Shown: positions 11,701-25,166 of the stretch, in pieces
Layout of the letters: each line of letters begins with the position of its first letter
Position numbering within the stretch: position 1 is the first letter of the stretch
NCBI RefSeq assembly: GCF_023055435.1
Contig: NW_025964001.1
Location: 43,338,001-43,402,000 of the forward strand
Source: Haliotis rufescens
Lineage: Eukaryota
Length of the DNA: 64,000 nucleotides
Direction of reading: 5' to 3'
Position numbers and translations under genes: made by a program
The notes under the pieces: model-generated
The model's input: the letters and a program-made list of their open reading frames with translations, nothing else
What the model was told of the DNA's origin: nothing
The model's database searches: none

Positions 11701-12485
11701 ATCTAGCTTAATTTCTATTTCAAACAACTATTGATTGGCAGACTTGGGCAATACAAATGTCAACCAGATTTTGCCAAAATGTGTTATAAATCTCCCTGTT
11801 TCAACATGCTGCGCCTGGTACATAAATACGATCTTTTCCATTTCTTGAATGATTACATAGATAATTGAAATGTTCCCAGTAAATGTAAACGGACTAGTCT
11901 TGTGAATGAAAAGATAAGAAATGCAGATTCTGCAAGGATTGTGAAACAAATGTGCGACCGACAGGACCTGTTAAGATATACTAGTATCAGATCAGAAGGT
12001 CAACACAGGATTTGGGAGCTTTCGTTACGATTTCCTTCAAAGTTTAATTTCTGTCTAATATGGTCAAAATAGGCTGCTCTAAGATAGAATCGCAAGAGTG
12101 TTAATACGGAACTGTTGCCCATGACATAGTCAAACACATTTTTATGTCATGTACTATTATTATGCAAGAAAGAAATGAAATGTTCGAAAATATCTTTGAT
12201 ATCACGGATGCAAATTCCTTTGTTGACCTTTGGTCGAATGATGATGATGTTATCATGTCTTTCCTCTTAGGCGGACTGCCTGATTGCATGAAAGACCTTG
12301 AGCTTGAGATATTGGGCGAAACTATGTTACTAGTCTCTCATTACGTTAACAAGTGGCAGCATTTGTTCATACCCCTTCACAATGACATGTAACGACTTTG
12401 TATAGTTTTAATCTATATTCATATATCTATCTTATATAATGTATCTTCAATACTGGAGGAAATAAAGACAATCTATCTATCTATC
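8761..12485 (+). mobile_element. 5'-truncated, frameshifted copy of the LINE at 53752-59073, split by a DNA transposon
   Basis: 8761-8789 plus 10882-12485 match ORF2 from WLDGLFVKL through QGRVLS, LLADD and the 3' UTR GGAGGAAATAAAGACAATC. (ATCT)n tail. ~55 bp flanking direct repeat. Confidence 0.92.
8790..10881. mobile_element. Non-autonomous TTAA-targeting DNA transposon (Kolobok-like), 2092 bp
   Basis: ~78 bp imperfect TIRs AGGGGCACTGATCTAACG... / ...CGTTAGATCAGTGCCCCT; TTAA at 8786-8789 and 10882-10885. 5'-RR termini fit Kolobok rather than piggyBac. No transposase ORF. Confidence 0.85.
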
Positions 12486-13551
12486 CATTATAGAACTTAT
12501 TACATTTCTCCTGTATATCTAAGGAATTTGGAGTTACTAGTGTTGTGTCTATATAGTTGATAAATGCGTAATTTACATAAATCAAAAGGCAAAGATTGAC
12601 ACAAATGAGGTATCTTCACTTCTATATTTATCTTTTATCTTTAATTTGTTAAGGAAATATATTCATCTGGCTTCTTGCAATGTAAAATCTGTAAAGAGCA
12701 ATAAGGTAGTTCAATATACATACAACCGCTGGACGAAGTAAATTAAATAAAGCAATGTACAAAATATAATGATGTTCTCTCACCACTCTCATTTACTGTA
12801 TTGAGGTAGTTTTTGCTCTCAAAGATTTCTTTCAGATTGCAATAAACAGGAAAAAGGACGAAAAAAATCATCAGGATAAATAAAACCAACAAACTCCAAA
12901 GAAATACATGCTGAATGCCGAGTCCATTGTGAACGAGTCCTTTCACATGGTTGCGACATGCACTTACTGTTACCGTAACGAATGAAAACACTATCAGTTA
13001 ATTGGGGAATTCTAATGTTTCTGGTAAGTAATGATAAGTGATCTTATGTTTTGGAAATGTTGCTAGGATATCGGGTTAGGTTGTGTTGAAGTAACGGAGA
13101 AAGAGGAAACGGCACTTTGGGTCTAGATCTTAAGTAAATTGTTGTAGACTAGCCGTGTTACGATCTTTTACTATTATGTTGATAATGGCGTCTTGACGTT
13201 ATCAAGATGACACGATATTGTGTCTATAGATAGATATTTCATTTCATGGTGAAAAACTACCATAAGCGTCCAGTAAATGAACAAAAACCTGATATAACAT
13301 AGAAGAAATAATGTTCGAAGGAGACTGAACGTAATACCCAGATGTATTGTTCTGGGCGTTCAGTTGAAATGGCAGTTTACTTTTCCCCAAGGTTTAGATT
13401 TCGTTTGCGGAACATCAGTGTTCTGGTCCCCATAGTAATGTGCAACGTTTTGATTTTCCGGCATAGGGATTCGACAGATCGCAGCCAGAAACCACGACGA
13501 CAAAATGAATCAGAAAAGTAAAATACCAATACGCGCTTCGGCGTAAAGCAT

Positions 13552-13862
13552 NNNNNNNNNNNNNNNNNNNNNNNNNNNNNNNNNNNNNNNNNNNNNNNNN
13601 NNNNNNNNNNNNNNNNNNNNNNNNNNNNNNNNNNNNNNNNNNNNNNNNNNNNNNNNNNNNNNNNNNNNNNNNNNNNNNNNNNNNNNNNNNNNNNNNNNNN
13701 NNNNNNNNNNNNNNNNNNNNNNNNNNNNNNNNNNNNNNNNNNNNNNNNNNNNNNNNNNNNNNNNNNNNNNNNNNNNNNNNNNNNNNNNNNNNNNNNNNNN
13801 NNNNNNNNNNNNNNNNNNNNNNNNNNNNNNNNNNNNNNNNNNNNNNNNNNNNNNNNNNNNNN
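13552..13862. other. Assembly gap (311 N)
   Basis: Run of N. Confidence 1.
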
Positions 13863-14019
13863 ATAATTGAATAGTCATTCATCAGAATGTAGCATGCATA
13901 ACAAACATATTATGAAAGCACTTTGGGATAATATATGTCTGTCACTGAGCTCAGTGGTCAAATGGGATTATTTCCATGTTTGACGTAGGCAAGCCTGTTA
14001 CCGGCGTCATGAAAATCAC

Positions 14020-17000
14020 CTACTCCTCTGTTTTAATATAGTGTCCATCCTCTTCGCCATACGCCGACTGAACGTGCACGTGTATGCTGGCCTGGGTGAT
14101 CTCTGCCACCTCCTGGCCTGCCACTGACAGCGCATGCTCGTGCATTGTTGGATCTCCGGTTACTTCTGTCTGTGTCCCTTTGTGCACTGTGACTACGCGC
14201 TGAACACGTGGAACACCTGGTTGAACCTGCTGAACATCGCACTGAGCCTGCGGAACATCGCCGTTATGTCTGATCGGTTTTGACACGAATATATAGATCC
14301 TGAAACAAAGAATAGGCGTGACAATTGCATCCTTTTGGGATTACCCAGTGAACATATATATCAGTGATAAAACTTTGACTAGTCCGCACAGAGAATATGT
14401 TTTATTTACTATTATATATAGGTCTTTATGTTCCGCACTGTTTGTAAAATGATCATTTGCAAAACCTGAAACATTCATTCACTGGTGACAATTGCTCTGT
14501 AAGTATGAGTTATGCTCTGACGGACTAAAGTTTAATGTGATAAAATCTCACGAACAGCGATACATACCTAGAACGGGCCCTGCATTTGAATTTAGTTATT
14601 CACTTTCCGGTACAAGTTTATTGACCTTCATGTATTTCACCTAGATTCATAGCAAGGGAGCAGACCGAGTTGTGATTTTTTGACATTTTAACCCATGCTC
14701 GTGCACATTCGCGACTAGAATTACACAGGTCAAATTTGTGTTCAGTGGCCAAGTGCATATCGCTAGTGAAAAGTACATATATTATTTGAAACGATTTTTT
14801 TCCCCGCATGTGGTCCAGGCTGCGGGTTGATGATGACAGAAGAAGTCGTTCCCTGGAAACCTCATGTACCAGTATGTATCGTTCATCTGCTGAATTGAGA
14901 GATCGAGTAGCCTAGTGGTTAAAGGTTTGGCTGATATGACAGGAATATTGTTTGTTTGAAATATTCCAGCTGTATGACGGCGGCTTGTAAAGTCCAGATA
15001 ATCCAGTGATTGATATTGTGAGCGACTTTCCACGCCGTCGGGGTTCGATGACACGCAATGAAGCACATCACCGTTCCTGACAACTCGACCTATCTTGTCG
15101 CCTCAGCAAAATATGCTGGCGATTTTATTCTTACCAAGAATTGTCATGGGTAGGAATATTATTAAAACTGCGTAAACATCCTTCTCAATCAATCATCAGA
15201 TGACAAACTAAACGAGAAATAATTTATTGAATATGGACAAAGAAGTGCATTAAATACTCACACAAGAACAATAGCACCGACAACATGTGTGCCTCCCAAG
15301 AAGATGAAGACCATCCCTCTCCACACCACCACCGTGTCCTGGTAGATGCTGCTGAAGATAGGAGTCCCCACCAGCGAGCACATCGTCTCCACCACCGCTA
15401 TACTGGCGAAGAGGGAACCTGCAACAATGGTACAGCTATGTACATAGATGTGTATTTTTTTAAATTATGTTGCTTCACACTGCGGTCAGCAATATTTCAG
15501 CTATACCACGGTGGACGGTAAATTAGTTGGCAACAGTAAGACAAACCAGTGATTGGCGGTTACGATGGCAGTTAATTGTATCTGCATAGGAGCTTAAGCA
15601 ATAAAGTTCTCGGAGCCCATCCCACCCGAGTCCCCACGGGCTTACTATGATATGGGCATACATGTAACCTGTACGTGTGATAATACGTGTGTATGCTTGC
15701 TTTCAGGGAACCTACAACGATTGGTTTCGATTGGTTCAGACTGAACCAAAAGCCACTTACTTTTTCTGCAATAACAATTGTATTGTAGAAATTCATCATT
15801 CAGAACAGTAAAATGCGAATTTACTTATTCAACAACAAAGTCCTTGACCTCCAACAGGGCCATTTCTTGACAAGGGGTCATTCGTCCAGTATTCAATCAA
15901 CAACATTGGTTACAACTTTAAGGTAACGCCGGCCCAGACCGTTCAATACGGGATATGACCTCCATGAGCGGCAATGCATCAACCTAAGCGCCGATAAGTA
16001 TCATAACATACATTTAATTGGCAGTCCGTGTTGCTCCTGTGGATATCAGAGTGAAAATGCCCTACATTATTTTTTTACTTGCTGTAACTTTACTCAGATA
16101 AGACTTAATTTGCACTTTTACACTACCGGTTATAACCTGGATACTATTATGAACGGAAACAATGAACTTGCTCACTCTGAAAACCAGAAATTAGTTGAAT
16201 CCGTCCTCGATTTCATCATCAAGACAAAACGTTTCAGCTCTTCACAAATTAATAATTAAATTAACCGGACAATAACCTCATGATTGACTATTACTTTTGT
16301 TACAAACGACTTGTTAGACACACACAAGCTGTAACTTTCTATTTATGTTCACTTTGTATTTGTATTTGATGTAATATGTCCAAACTTATTATTTAAATAA
16401 TGTCTATATCGATGACGTCACATCCTTCATTTCAATATGTAATATATGTTGTATAGGAGCGTTGTTAACATAAGCTGTAAAGCTTGTTCACCAATCCCAA
16501 CTCATTTCAATGAATACAAATATGTTTAAACCATCTTCGAATGCGGCGTCGAACTGAGTAGACAAGCGTCCTCACATCGACTGCAGGTATCCGATTCCAT
16601 TCCTCACGGAGGGCAACGATCAACGCTTGTCTCGTGAAGGGAGGATGTTGACGTTTTCGAAGACGACGCCCCAGCTGGTCCCAGAGTTGTTCTATGGGTG
16701 ACAGATCTGGTGATCGAGCTGGCCACGGCAGGACAGTCACGTTGTTGGCGTTGAGGAAGTCTCTAGTAATACGGGCTTTAAGGGTGTGGCGTTATCTTGT
16801 TGGAACGCTGGATGAAAGGAAGAACCACTGGCCGTAAAATATTGTCAATGTAGCGTTGTGCTGTCAGATTGCCTTCAATGATGACAAGTTCCGTCTTCTC
16901 GTCCCCGCAAATGCCGCCCCAGACCATCACACTTCCGCCCCCGTAAAGTTCCACCTCCTGGACACAACAAGGAGCCGTACGTTCACCAAGGCGTCGATAA

Positions 17001-19207
17001 ACTCGCGTCCGCCCATCAGGTTTGAAGAGTTGGAACCCGCTCTCGTCACTCGTCTCGTCACAGCACTCGCCGCCATTCCCTTTGCTGCCATCGCTGATTT
17101 TGCCAGCACCACGTCAATCTGGCACGTCGATGTTGACGGGTCAAGGTTATGCCCTTAAAAGGGCGATAAGCCCGGAGACCATAATGTCGTAGTCGTCTGG
17201 TCACTGTTTGTCTGCTGACCTGACGTCCTAAGCTGTTTGCAGCTGATGACGTCACAGTAAGAAATCTGTTCCTCAGATGAAGTACCCGTAAAAACGGTCA
17301 TCCTGCGGGGTCGTGACCTTAGGTCTGCCACTCCGTGGTCTGTCTGCGGTTCTGCCAGTCTGTCGGAGACGTGCGACCAGTCTGGTAATGGTCATCTTGG
17401 AGCAGTTCATGTTAATGGCAACCGCTCTCTTTACTGTTTTTGAACAGGTTGGCATCTTTGTTTCAAAGTGGCAAATCAGTAAATGTTGGTAACGTTTCTT
17501 TTGGCCCTCGGTTTATATATATATAAATTGTCCTTTCAAGAGAATAACCAGCCTAGATGTTCTACTGAAACAGATTCCACTTGGAGTAAATGGTAAATAG
17601 CTGTGGACATTACATGCATGGGCCACTGAAAATCAGTGATGATGTCACCAGGTGTTCGCGAAAAGGGTGTCGGTAGCAAGCGCCATTCATACAATTCGAG
17701 TCCCTCGTTATTTCATAGACTGTTAGTGAAGGAGCTTTAATGGACATGAAATATTTATAACATCCTCTATGTATACATTCTGACCTTGTTTGTCGGCTGG
17801 AGCCAACCGGGACAAGATGGAGCGAACAACTGGGAACAAGGTGGCACTAGGGGTTTGGATGCCCGCAACTGGAAGAACAATAATATGAAGAGTGTTATTT
17901 ATCAATCTAACTTTTGGAACATTTTGATGTATCATATCACAGTTAGTATATCAATATCTAAATGTCACAAATAATCATTAAGTCTCAGTGAATCAAAGTG
18001 AAAATGGCTTATATTTCGTAAAAAATCACAGGTCCCCGGAAAGATAAAATAGTCGATCATATTTCACTATGTACTTACGTCCATACATCATCCAGTCTGT
18101 GCTTGCAATGGACTGTAGGCTGTCTGCTGCACCTATCGCCAGAGAACCAATCACTCCTATCACCTCATCAATACAGCAACACTGTAACAGTCGCGTCAAC
18201 GGAACGCCGATCACCTGTCTTGCCACAGAGCTTATTGTACTATAGTAACCTATTTTCTCAGGGGTCCAGCAAAATGGAAGGTTCAGTTTGAATAGTGTGT
18301 TAATATTAGACGCCCCCACGCCTGGCAAGGCAGTAAAAACGAATATCAAGATAGCTAATATGAAACATATTCGCTTCCGTTTACTGCCCTCCAAAACATA
18401 AAATCCGAATACTCGTCGACATCCTTCTAGGGGTGTAAACCAATTGCTCTTCGCTCTTTTAATCCCCCTTCTCTCAGGCAGCAGTGTCACCACCAGGATA
18501 ATGTCCACGAGAACGATAAGTGTGGCAGTCAGTGTCGGATAGAAGAAGTTCACGTCTTGGATGAAGAAGCCAGCTGCTGTTGATGAGGCAGCAAATCCCA
18601 AGCTCTGAAAGAACTCCACGAAGGCTATGCCCATGGTTCGAGCACCTGTCGCCGGAGTATTGTCAGCAGCATAGGCGTACGATGCAAGCAACATAGCATA
18701 GTAGCCCCCTGTTAGGCCGTCTATCCCTTCTGCTATAAAAAACGAATTGATATCCAACTTCCAGTAGATAATGACTGCTGTAAATCCAAATCTCAAACAG
18801 TGGCCAGTCAGAGGTGCAGCAAAGAGGAGCTTGCGACCAATTGAGTCCGAATAGGAACCAAGCATGATGTTAACGATGACGGCTAGACTGCTTTTCATGA
18901 TTGTAAACTGCATTTGTTTGGCTGCAGCGACCTGCTGTGCCTTCTCCTGAAGGATGTAGTCTGGGTTGGATGTGTTCAGGTAACATTTGTGATTCATCGG
19001 GCCTTTCCCCGCCACCGTGTGGTTACTGAACACGTCCTCCGTCACCCGTTTGTAGAGATATTGGCTCATCACTGGCGAGAACATTGACTCCCCTAGTGTT
19101 AATATGAATAATATCATATTGCCAAACAAGAGATTCTTGATCTGAGATTTCTTTACTCCAGATTCAGGAGTGTCCTCCACCTTTTGCAGGAGCGGTTCTG
19201 TTTCCAT
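14020..19207 (-). CDS. SLC46-family MFS transporter, gene 2 (complete, 549 aa)
   Basis: Exons 19207-18079, 17868-17785, 15418-15262, 14299-14020; all introns GT-AG; 1650 nt open frame. The last exon is in frame with ORF 14020..14286. Highly similar to genes 1 and 3. Confidence 0.92.
15815..16533 (+). mobile_element. 3' fragment of a CR1/L2-group LINE in intron 2 of gene 2
   Basis: Translates to SPCCSCGYQSENALHYFFTC...NGNNELAHSENQKLVESVLDFIIKTKRF, followed by a 3' UTR with an AAGCT...AGCTT hairpin. Confidence 0.7.
16534..17517 (-). mobile_element. Decayed Tc1/mariner (DD34E-type) transposon in intron 2 of gene 2
   Basis: Fragments RSGRPKVTT, VSRQTVTRRL, GGGSVMVWG, QQDNA and LPWPARSPDLSPIEQLWDQL in shifted frames; TA-flanked TIR-like end near 17490-17517. 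Confidence 0.85.
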
Positions 19208-19869
19208 GCTGTATGTTGTGAAGTGCTCGCTACACTACTTGTGATACCAACACCAATTTCGTCAGGTGATATAATATCACGTGGACATTCTGTATAATAC
19301 AATCTGAATAACTTTCAGCCTTGCACTGCCATGGCTGATGATAACCCATTTAGATACAGAGATCAAACACTGAGCCTTCCTACACATGTAAACGGTCCCT
19401 TGTGATAATTTTAGCATTTGACCTCTTAGAGGAAAACAATCAAGCCGTAACGAGGGTTGTATGTGATTCTGCTACGTCTGTTTCGCGTTATGTTTTGAAT
19501 GCAACGTTATACTAGTGCATTACATTTATAGCTTTCAACTGACAATATTGCTGGGTAGAGGAAAAATAAACTGTCGTATAAAACCAGTTTAGAGTACTGA
19601 CATATTTCCTGTTTGAGTCGGTTCCATTCCGCATGTTGTATTTACACCATATTCCGTATTGAGGCCACATATTGGATAAAAAGCCGACAGGAATTTGAGG
19701 AGTTTTGATTTTGAGTTGGGTAAGTGCATGGGTTAGTCCTGAATCCGTGCCACATCTAGATAACTGAGTGATGTTGACAATATCTAGATGGTGATATGTC
19801 TGCCACTGAAGTCAGTATTGTATTTTGTTTTGTGGATATCAACACGCCTATCAATGCAGTAAAATCAGT

Positions 19870-20872
19870 TTATCATATAATGGGTAGGTTTCTCGGCAGG
19901 ATAAAGCCAACGGATAAAAACGATATCCGTTGGGGTCATATGCGGATAGAGATGCAAATACCAAAGGTCAAGTAGGACTACTTTCACTGTTTATAAACAA
20001 ACATGGCGTCGCCCTCGTCATTCGGCGATCGAGTCAGAATTAACCATCGTGAATCTGGACAAACGACAGGGATAATTGCTATCATTATCAAACGAACAGT
20101 CTAATATACTGAAAATCAGTGTCTAACCGTGACGTAGCTAAGGCATTTTATAAGTTTTGGAAACTTTGGAGATATAAATTTCGAAACAATATTGCGAGGG
20201 CACGAGGCCTAGCCAAGCGGGATCAGTAGCCATATCTGTGCTTGTAGACCTCTGTGGCTTGAAACCTTCTCCACAAATCAAAATGGTTGGATTCGGCCGA
20301 AATATGTTTGAACTGTTACCTTGTTTCGATTTGTCGCTGTGTGTAAATCTGACTACACTTCTTAACGTTATGAAAGGACAGACCGACTGTCAACAACGTC
20401 TGACCGTGGCCGTGTCTCATAGACTAGGGTTAGAGTAGCTTCCCTTTGACAAAGGGCAGTTACTCTAGCGGACAGACCGATAGATTGCCACGAAAGGCAA
20501 TTAAAAACAACTGTTGTTTTGCGTATAAGTTGCTTCGCCACTGTATATGAAACAGATTTCAGTTGGAACTATATTGGCTACTGTCACAGTCCTACTGACA
20601 CATCACTTACCCTGTGACGTAATAAATTTTAATGCGCGCATTCCAGGAAAACTCGCAATGTTTCGGTAATTTTTGTGAGAGAGGGAAAGCGATTTTAAAG
20701 CACAGAATAAAAGAATGACATTATATGATAAAGAGGTTATCACGCTTGTGTGTTTGGGGATGGTAAATATCCTGTATTAGGAATAAACACTATGTATTTA
20801 GCTCGCCAAGGCTCGCTAAATACAATGTTTATTCCTAATGCAGGATATTTACCATCCCCAAACAACCTCTAT
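19870..20872. mobile_element. ~1 kb insertion ending in a long palindrome; probable non-autonomous DNA element
   Basis: Absent from the homologous gene-1 region (~3360-3430). Near-perfect inverted repeat at 20752-20862. Confidence 0.5.
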
Positions 20873-22919
20873 GTATCAGCTTCTTAAGATATTTCTTTAT
20901 TTTTAAAAATAATTTATTCTTTTGTTGCGTTCATCAACATTTTACAGGAAGACAAATATAAATGACATCCGGGTGATATGAAATAACATCTCTCTCTGTA
21001 CATATTGAACAGCACCAGAGTGGAAACGTGTATTTTGACTCTAGCAAAATAGAGTGTGTCAGGACGACCAGATCTTACAAAAGGATCTCTGTTACAATCA
21101 ATTTAAAAGAAGAACTTTTAGTTATCATACAGTATTGTTTAATATCATTCTGGAAAGTATAGAATGATGTATATAGTTTTACGTCACTTTGGACAATGTA
21201 TCAGTAAAATTACAGGGTGTCACCTTTTTTGGGGGAAAAACCCCGATGTGATATCGGTTTGGGCCTTTACCACATTGGTGAAACCTAGGACGGAGAACAA
21301 AGTTAAAAACATAATCAGGGAGAATCTGTGATTCATGATCATAGGATTCTGGCACGGGGATGTCATTCTGACCAACAAATCCATGAATAACCCTTCTTGT
21401 CGGAAAGAAGGATTTAGCTTGTTTGTTCAATTATCACTTTAAAACATGTCTTATCCTACCACATGCACTACACAGTCAGTTTTACAACAACAACAAAAGA
21501 AATTGTTTACACCTTTATCAAATGAAATTAATATAAGACATACTTCCTGAGGCTGATGTGAACGTGTGTGATTAACACATTCGTTATTTCAATAAACCAG
21601 ATTCGACCTTAACACACTAAACCTACGGGATGCCATTGTTACATCTTTATGATTACTCAAGTGCAATCTCATTTTTCTTAATACAATAAAGGCTTCCCGT
21701 AAAAATGCATATTTATTATAGTTTTCTGTGTTGAGACATATGTACGTGAAAGAAATTAGGAGGATTAAGTGACGTACTGAAAAAATGAAACCCTTTCGTA
21801 ATTGTGCTACACATCCGGATATATCACATGGAAAAATAAATCAAATAATACATGATGTTAAAGTTTATCGGAATCAAACAAACGTACTTTTTCAGCAGGT
21901 TTTCGTTTAAGTTTGATATTTGAGTTTCAATTTGGGAAGTATTTACATGAAACACCTCATATTATATTTGATAAGAGGCGTTTGACTTGAAGGGGCATTG
22001 ATTGTGATACTAATTTGTCACCATGAATGAGTGAGTGAGTTTCTGTTAATGTCGCTTTGAAGTGTACTTCAGTAACATTGAAATTCCTCTTATCCTGATC
22101 ACAGATGGCCGGAAACCTCGCCAACTGGACGATATTTATGTGAAACGATATGTTCTGCATACAGTGCTTCAGTTATCTGGAATACGGGTTTCGCGGATAG
22201 GACAGTAAATTATATTTACCAACAATAATTGATGAAAGGTGGTCAACTTGAAAGGGGCATTGATTGTGATACTAATTTACCGCATAAAATGATTCATTTA
22301 TCTGTAAATCGCATCGGACAGTGAATTTCAATTACCAACAATGCAAAATACACACTGTTGTGTTCCATTTACCGGACAGCGACCATGCATGACGATGTTT
22401 GTTTTGTAATTCATCATCCGGCTTCCTAAATCCAAGGGGCAGGTATCATATGTGATCACAGTGTTTATTTAATCCTGTTATTACACAATCTGGTTATAAG
22501 AAAACGTGTTCATTGTATACCTGGATAAGTGTTTCTTTCATTCAATATTGTTTACATTAATTTCGGCGAAATCGTATGTGTCCAGGTTGGCAGATCGCAC
22601 AACAACCACTTTACAGCAACCACGACCAGATGACCACAATTGACGCCTTGAAACGAACATCACTTGACCGAGATTGGACACATATATAATAAATGGCATA
22701 TGGCATATTTTGTAGTTTTGTTGTAGTTTGATTATTATACTGCAACAAGACGTTTAGACGTTTCGAAAGTCGTTTATCTGGCAATATTTGAAAAATGCAA
22801 GCGTGCGGATAAGCGAGGTTCCACTGTACAGCACAGCGTGTCGGGTGGATGTGGGAGGAAAACCCATGCATGTATTAGTAGTTTGCCACTCTTGTGGAAC
22901 TCACAAGCAGGGGTATGTT

Positions 22920-23400
22920 GCTGATGTAACGGATATATCCATTATACAATATATGACGTTAAGGTTATTTGTGACATGAAGGTTATATCGAATAAACCAT
23001 TTGTGACGTGGGGGGCGGGGTGGGGGTGCTTTTTTTGGGTTCCTATACCATTTGCGACGTCATTGTTAGATCAATTATGCCATGTCTGACGTAAAGTATA
23101 TATCAGTTATACAATTTGTGACGTCAAGGTTATATCCATCATACATACGTGGAGGTTAATATGCAATATACAAATACCGACGGGAAGGTTATGTCTATTA
23201 TACCTTTGGTGAAGTGAAGGTTTTGTCCATTATAATATATTTGTGGCGTGAAGGTAAAATCAATTATACCTTAAGTGACGTGAAGGTTGTATTCAATATA
23301 CAACATGTGACGTGAAGGTTATGTCGATTATAACCTATTTATGACGTGAAGGTCATGTCCAATACACAACGTCTGAGGTGAAGGTTATATGCATTATATA
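22920..23400. repeat. Degenerate ~32 bp minisatellite, paralogous to 7013-8720
   Basis: Recurrent TGTGACGTGAAGGTTAT units at the equivalent position upstream of gene 2. Confidence 0.7.
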
Positions 23401-25166
23401 ACTTATATAAATGCGTAATTATGCAAATGAGTGTAGACATTGCGAAATAAATATAGCAATGTACAAAATATAATGATGTTCCACACCGCTCTGATTTTCT
23501 TGTATTACTGTATTGAGGTAGTTTTGTTCTCTCAAAGATTTCTTTCAGACTGAATTAATCACGAAAATGGCAATACAGATATTTATCAGGATAAATAAAA
23601 CCAACAAACCCTAAGAAATATGTGAAAGCCGAGTCCATTGTAAAAGTGTTCTTGTGTCAGCGACAGGCACCTAAGTCTAAGGGAGATGACTCTAGTTACT
23701 GTAAGAGATAACGAATGTAAACACTGTTAGAGAGGAATTTTAATGTTGATAAGAAACTGGAAAGTTATGGTAAGTGATCTAATGTTTTGGACATGTTGCT
23801 AGGGTATCTGGTAAGGTTGTGTGGAAGTAATGGATATTGTAGAAATGGCAGTTTTGGTCTATATCTTAAATACAATCTTTCATTTTTATATTGATGATGT
23901 TGCCTTGACGTTACCATGAAGATTATACACGATATGGCGTTTGGGTATAGTCATGTTTTTTGTGTTTTGTTTTTTTACAGATTGAGATTTTTTCGACGGT
24001 ACATTTTTAATTTGACTGATGGAAAGAATGTTAAAGTTTCTCACTGTTCACAAAAACATAATAACTGTACAGATGCACATGTGGGTGACTTTGAAACAGA
24101 ACAATGGAAATAGCAGTATGATAAAGCATTTATAAAATAATAAATAAAAGACCAATGTTTTACAACACCATGTGTAGCAAAACCCTTTCAAATTGACATG
24201 TTTGTACTCACATCAACTGGAGGAATGTACTTTTCTATTACAAAGGCTGTGGTTTAAGGATATAAGTAGCATAACCTAACTGAATGTTGGACCCTGAATA
24301 GTGTTACAAAATGGTTGAGAAACAATCGCCTAAACACAACCACAACAGTTTGCTGAGCGATGCATGTGCTGCATTACCCAGATAAGAGGAACTTGAGTTT
24401 GAAGTGAAATTTTTGGACAGGAGACAGGCGATACTTGGCTGACGCCACGACTAGCCATGCACCATAGTAATACCCCAGAATGTCATGGAGCTTTTGTCAG
24501 CTTTTTAAAAATATTGAAAGTCTTCATCTCTGCTCCCGAAGGTCACCTCATCAACCTAGATCGGAACATAATTTATAGCAAATCTACAAGCATTGACATA
24601 GGGTGGATAAATATAACCACGAATCAATCATATTTAGTGATCATTGACTGCCATTAAGGCTTTTGATTGTGGAGTTAAAATCCTGAAATTATATTGTATA
24701 CATAATTTTGAAACTTGGCACTTTTTTTGAATACATAATAAATCTCATGTGCTATTGTTTGGATTCCGGTTCATATCGGTTTGCAGGGTAATCAAATAGC
24801 AGATTGTCTTATAAAGTCAGGATTGCTAAAGAATGAGGTAAATATTTCTGCATTCAGGTCTTACCAAAGAGATTTTGACTAAGACATTGTGAAGTTGGTC
24901 TCCATAAAACTAGAAGGTTGTCTGTATTGGAATGAATTTGTACAAATTATGCTCAACAGTAACCCCAAATTGCAAATGTACACCATGTTAATTTCATCTG
25001 ACCACAATCAATGAGTGTTGAGGAACTGAGTTTCTTGAAAAGTTAATTCATCAAAACGTTAAAATGTGAGCATTAATAGATAGCTCATACACAGAATGCT
25101 TGACAAACATACCATGAACACACTTTGGGATGTATATATATCCATTACCAGCGTCATGAAAATCAA

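Noticed and set aside
13415-13882. ORFs spanning the N run
   Set aside because: Artefacts of the assembly gap.
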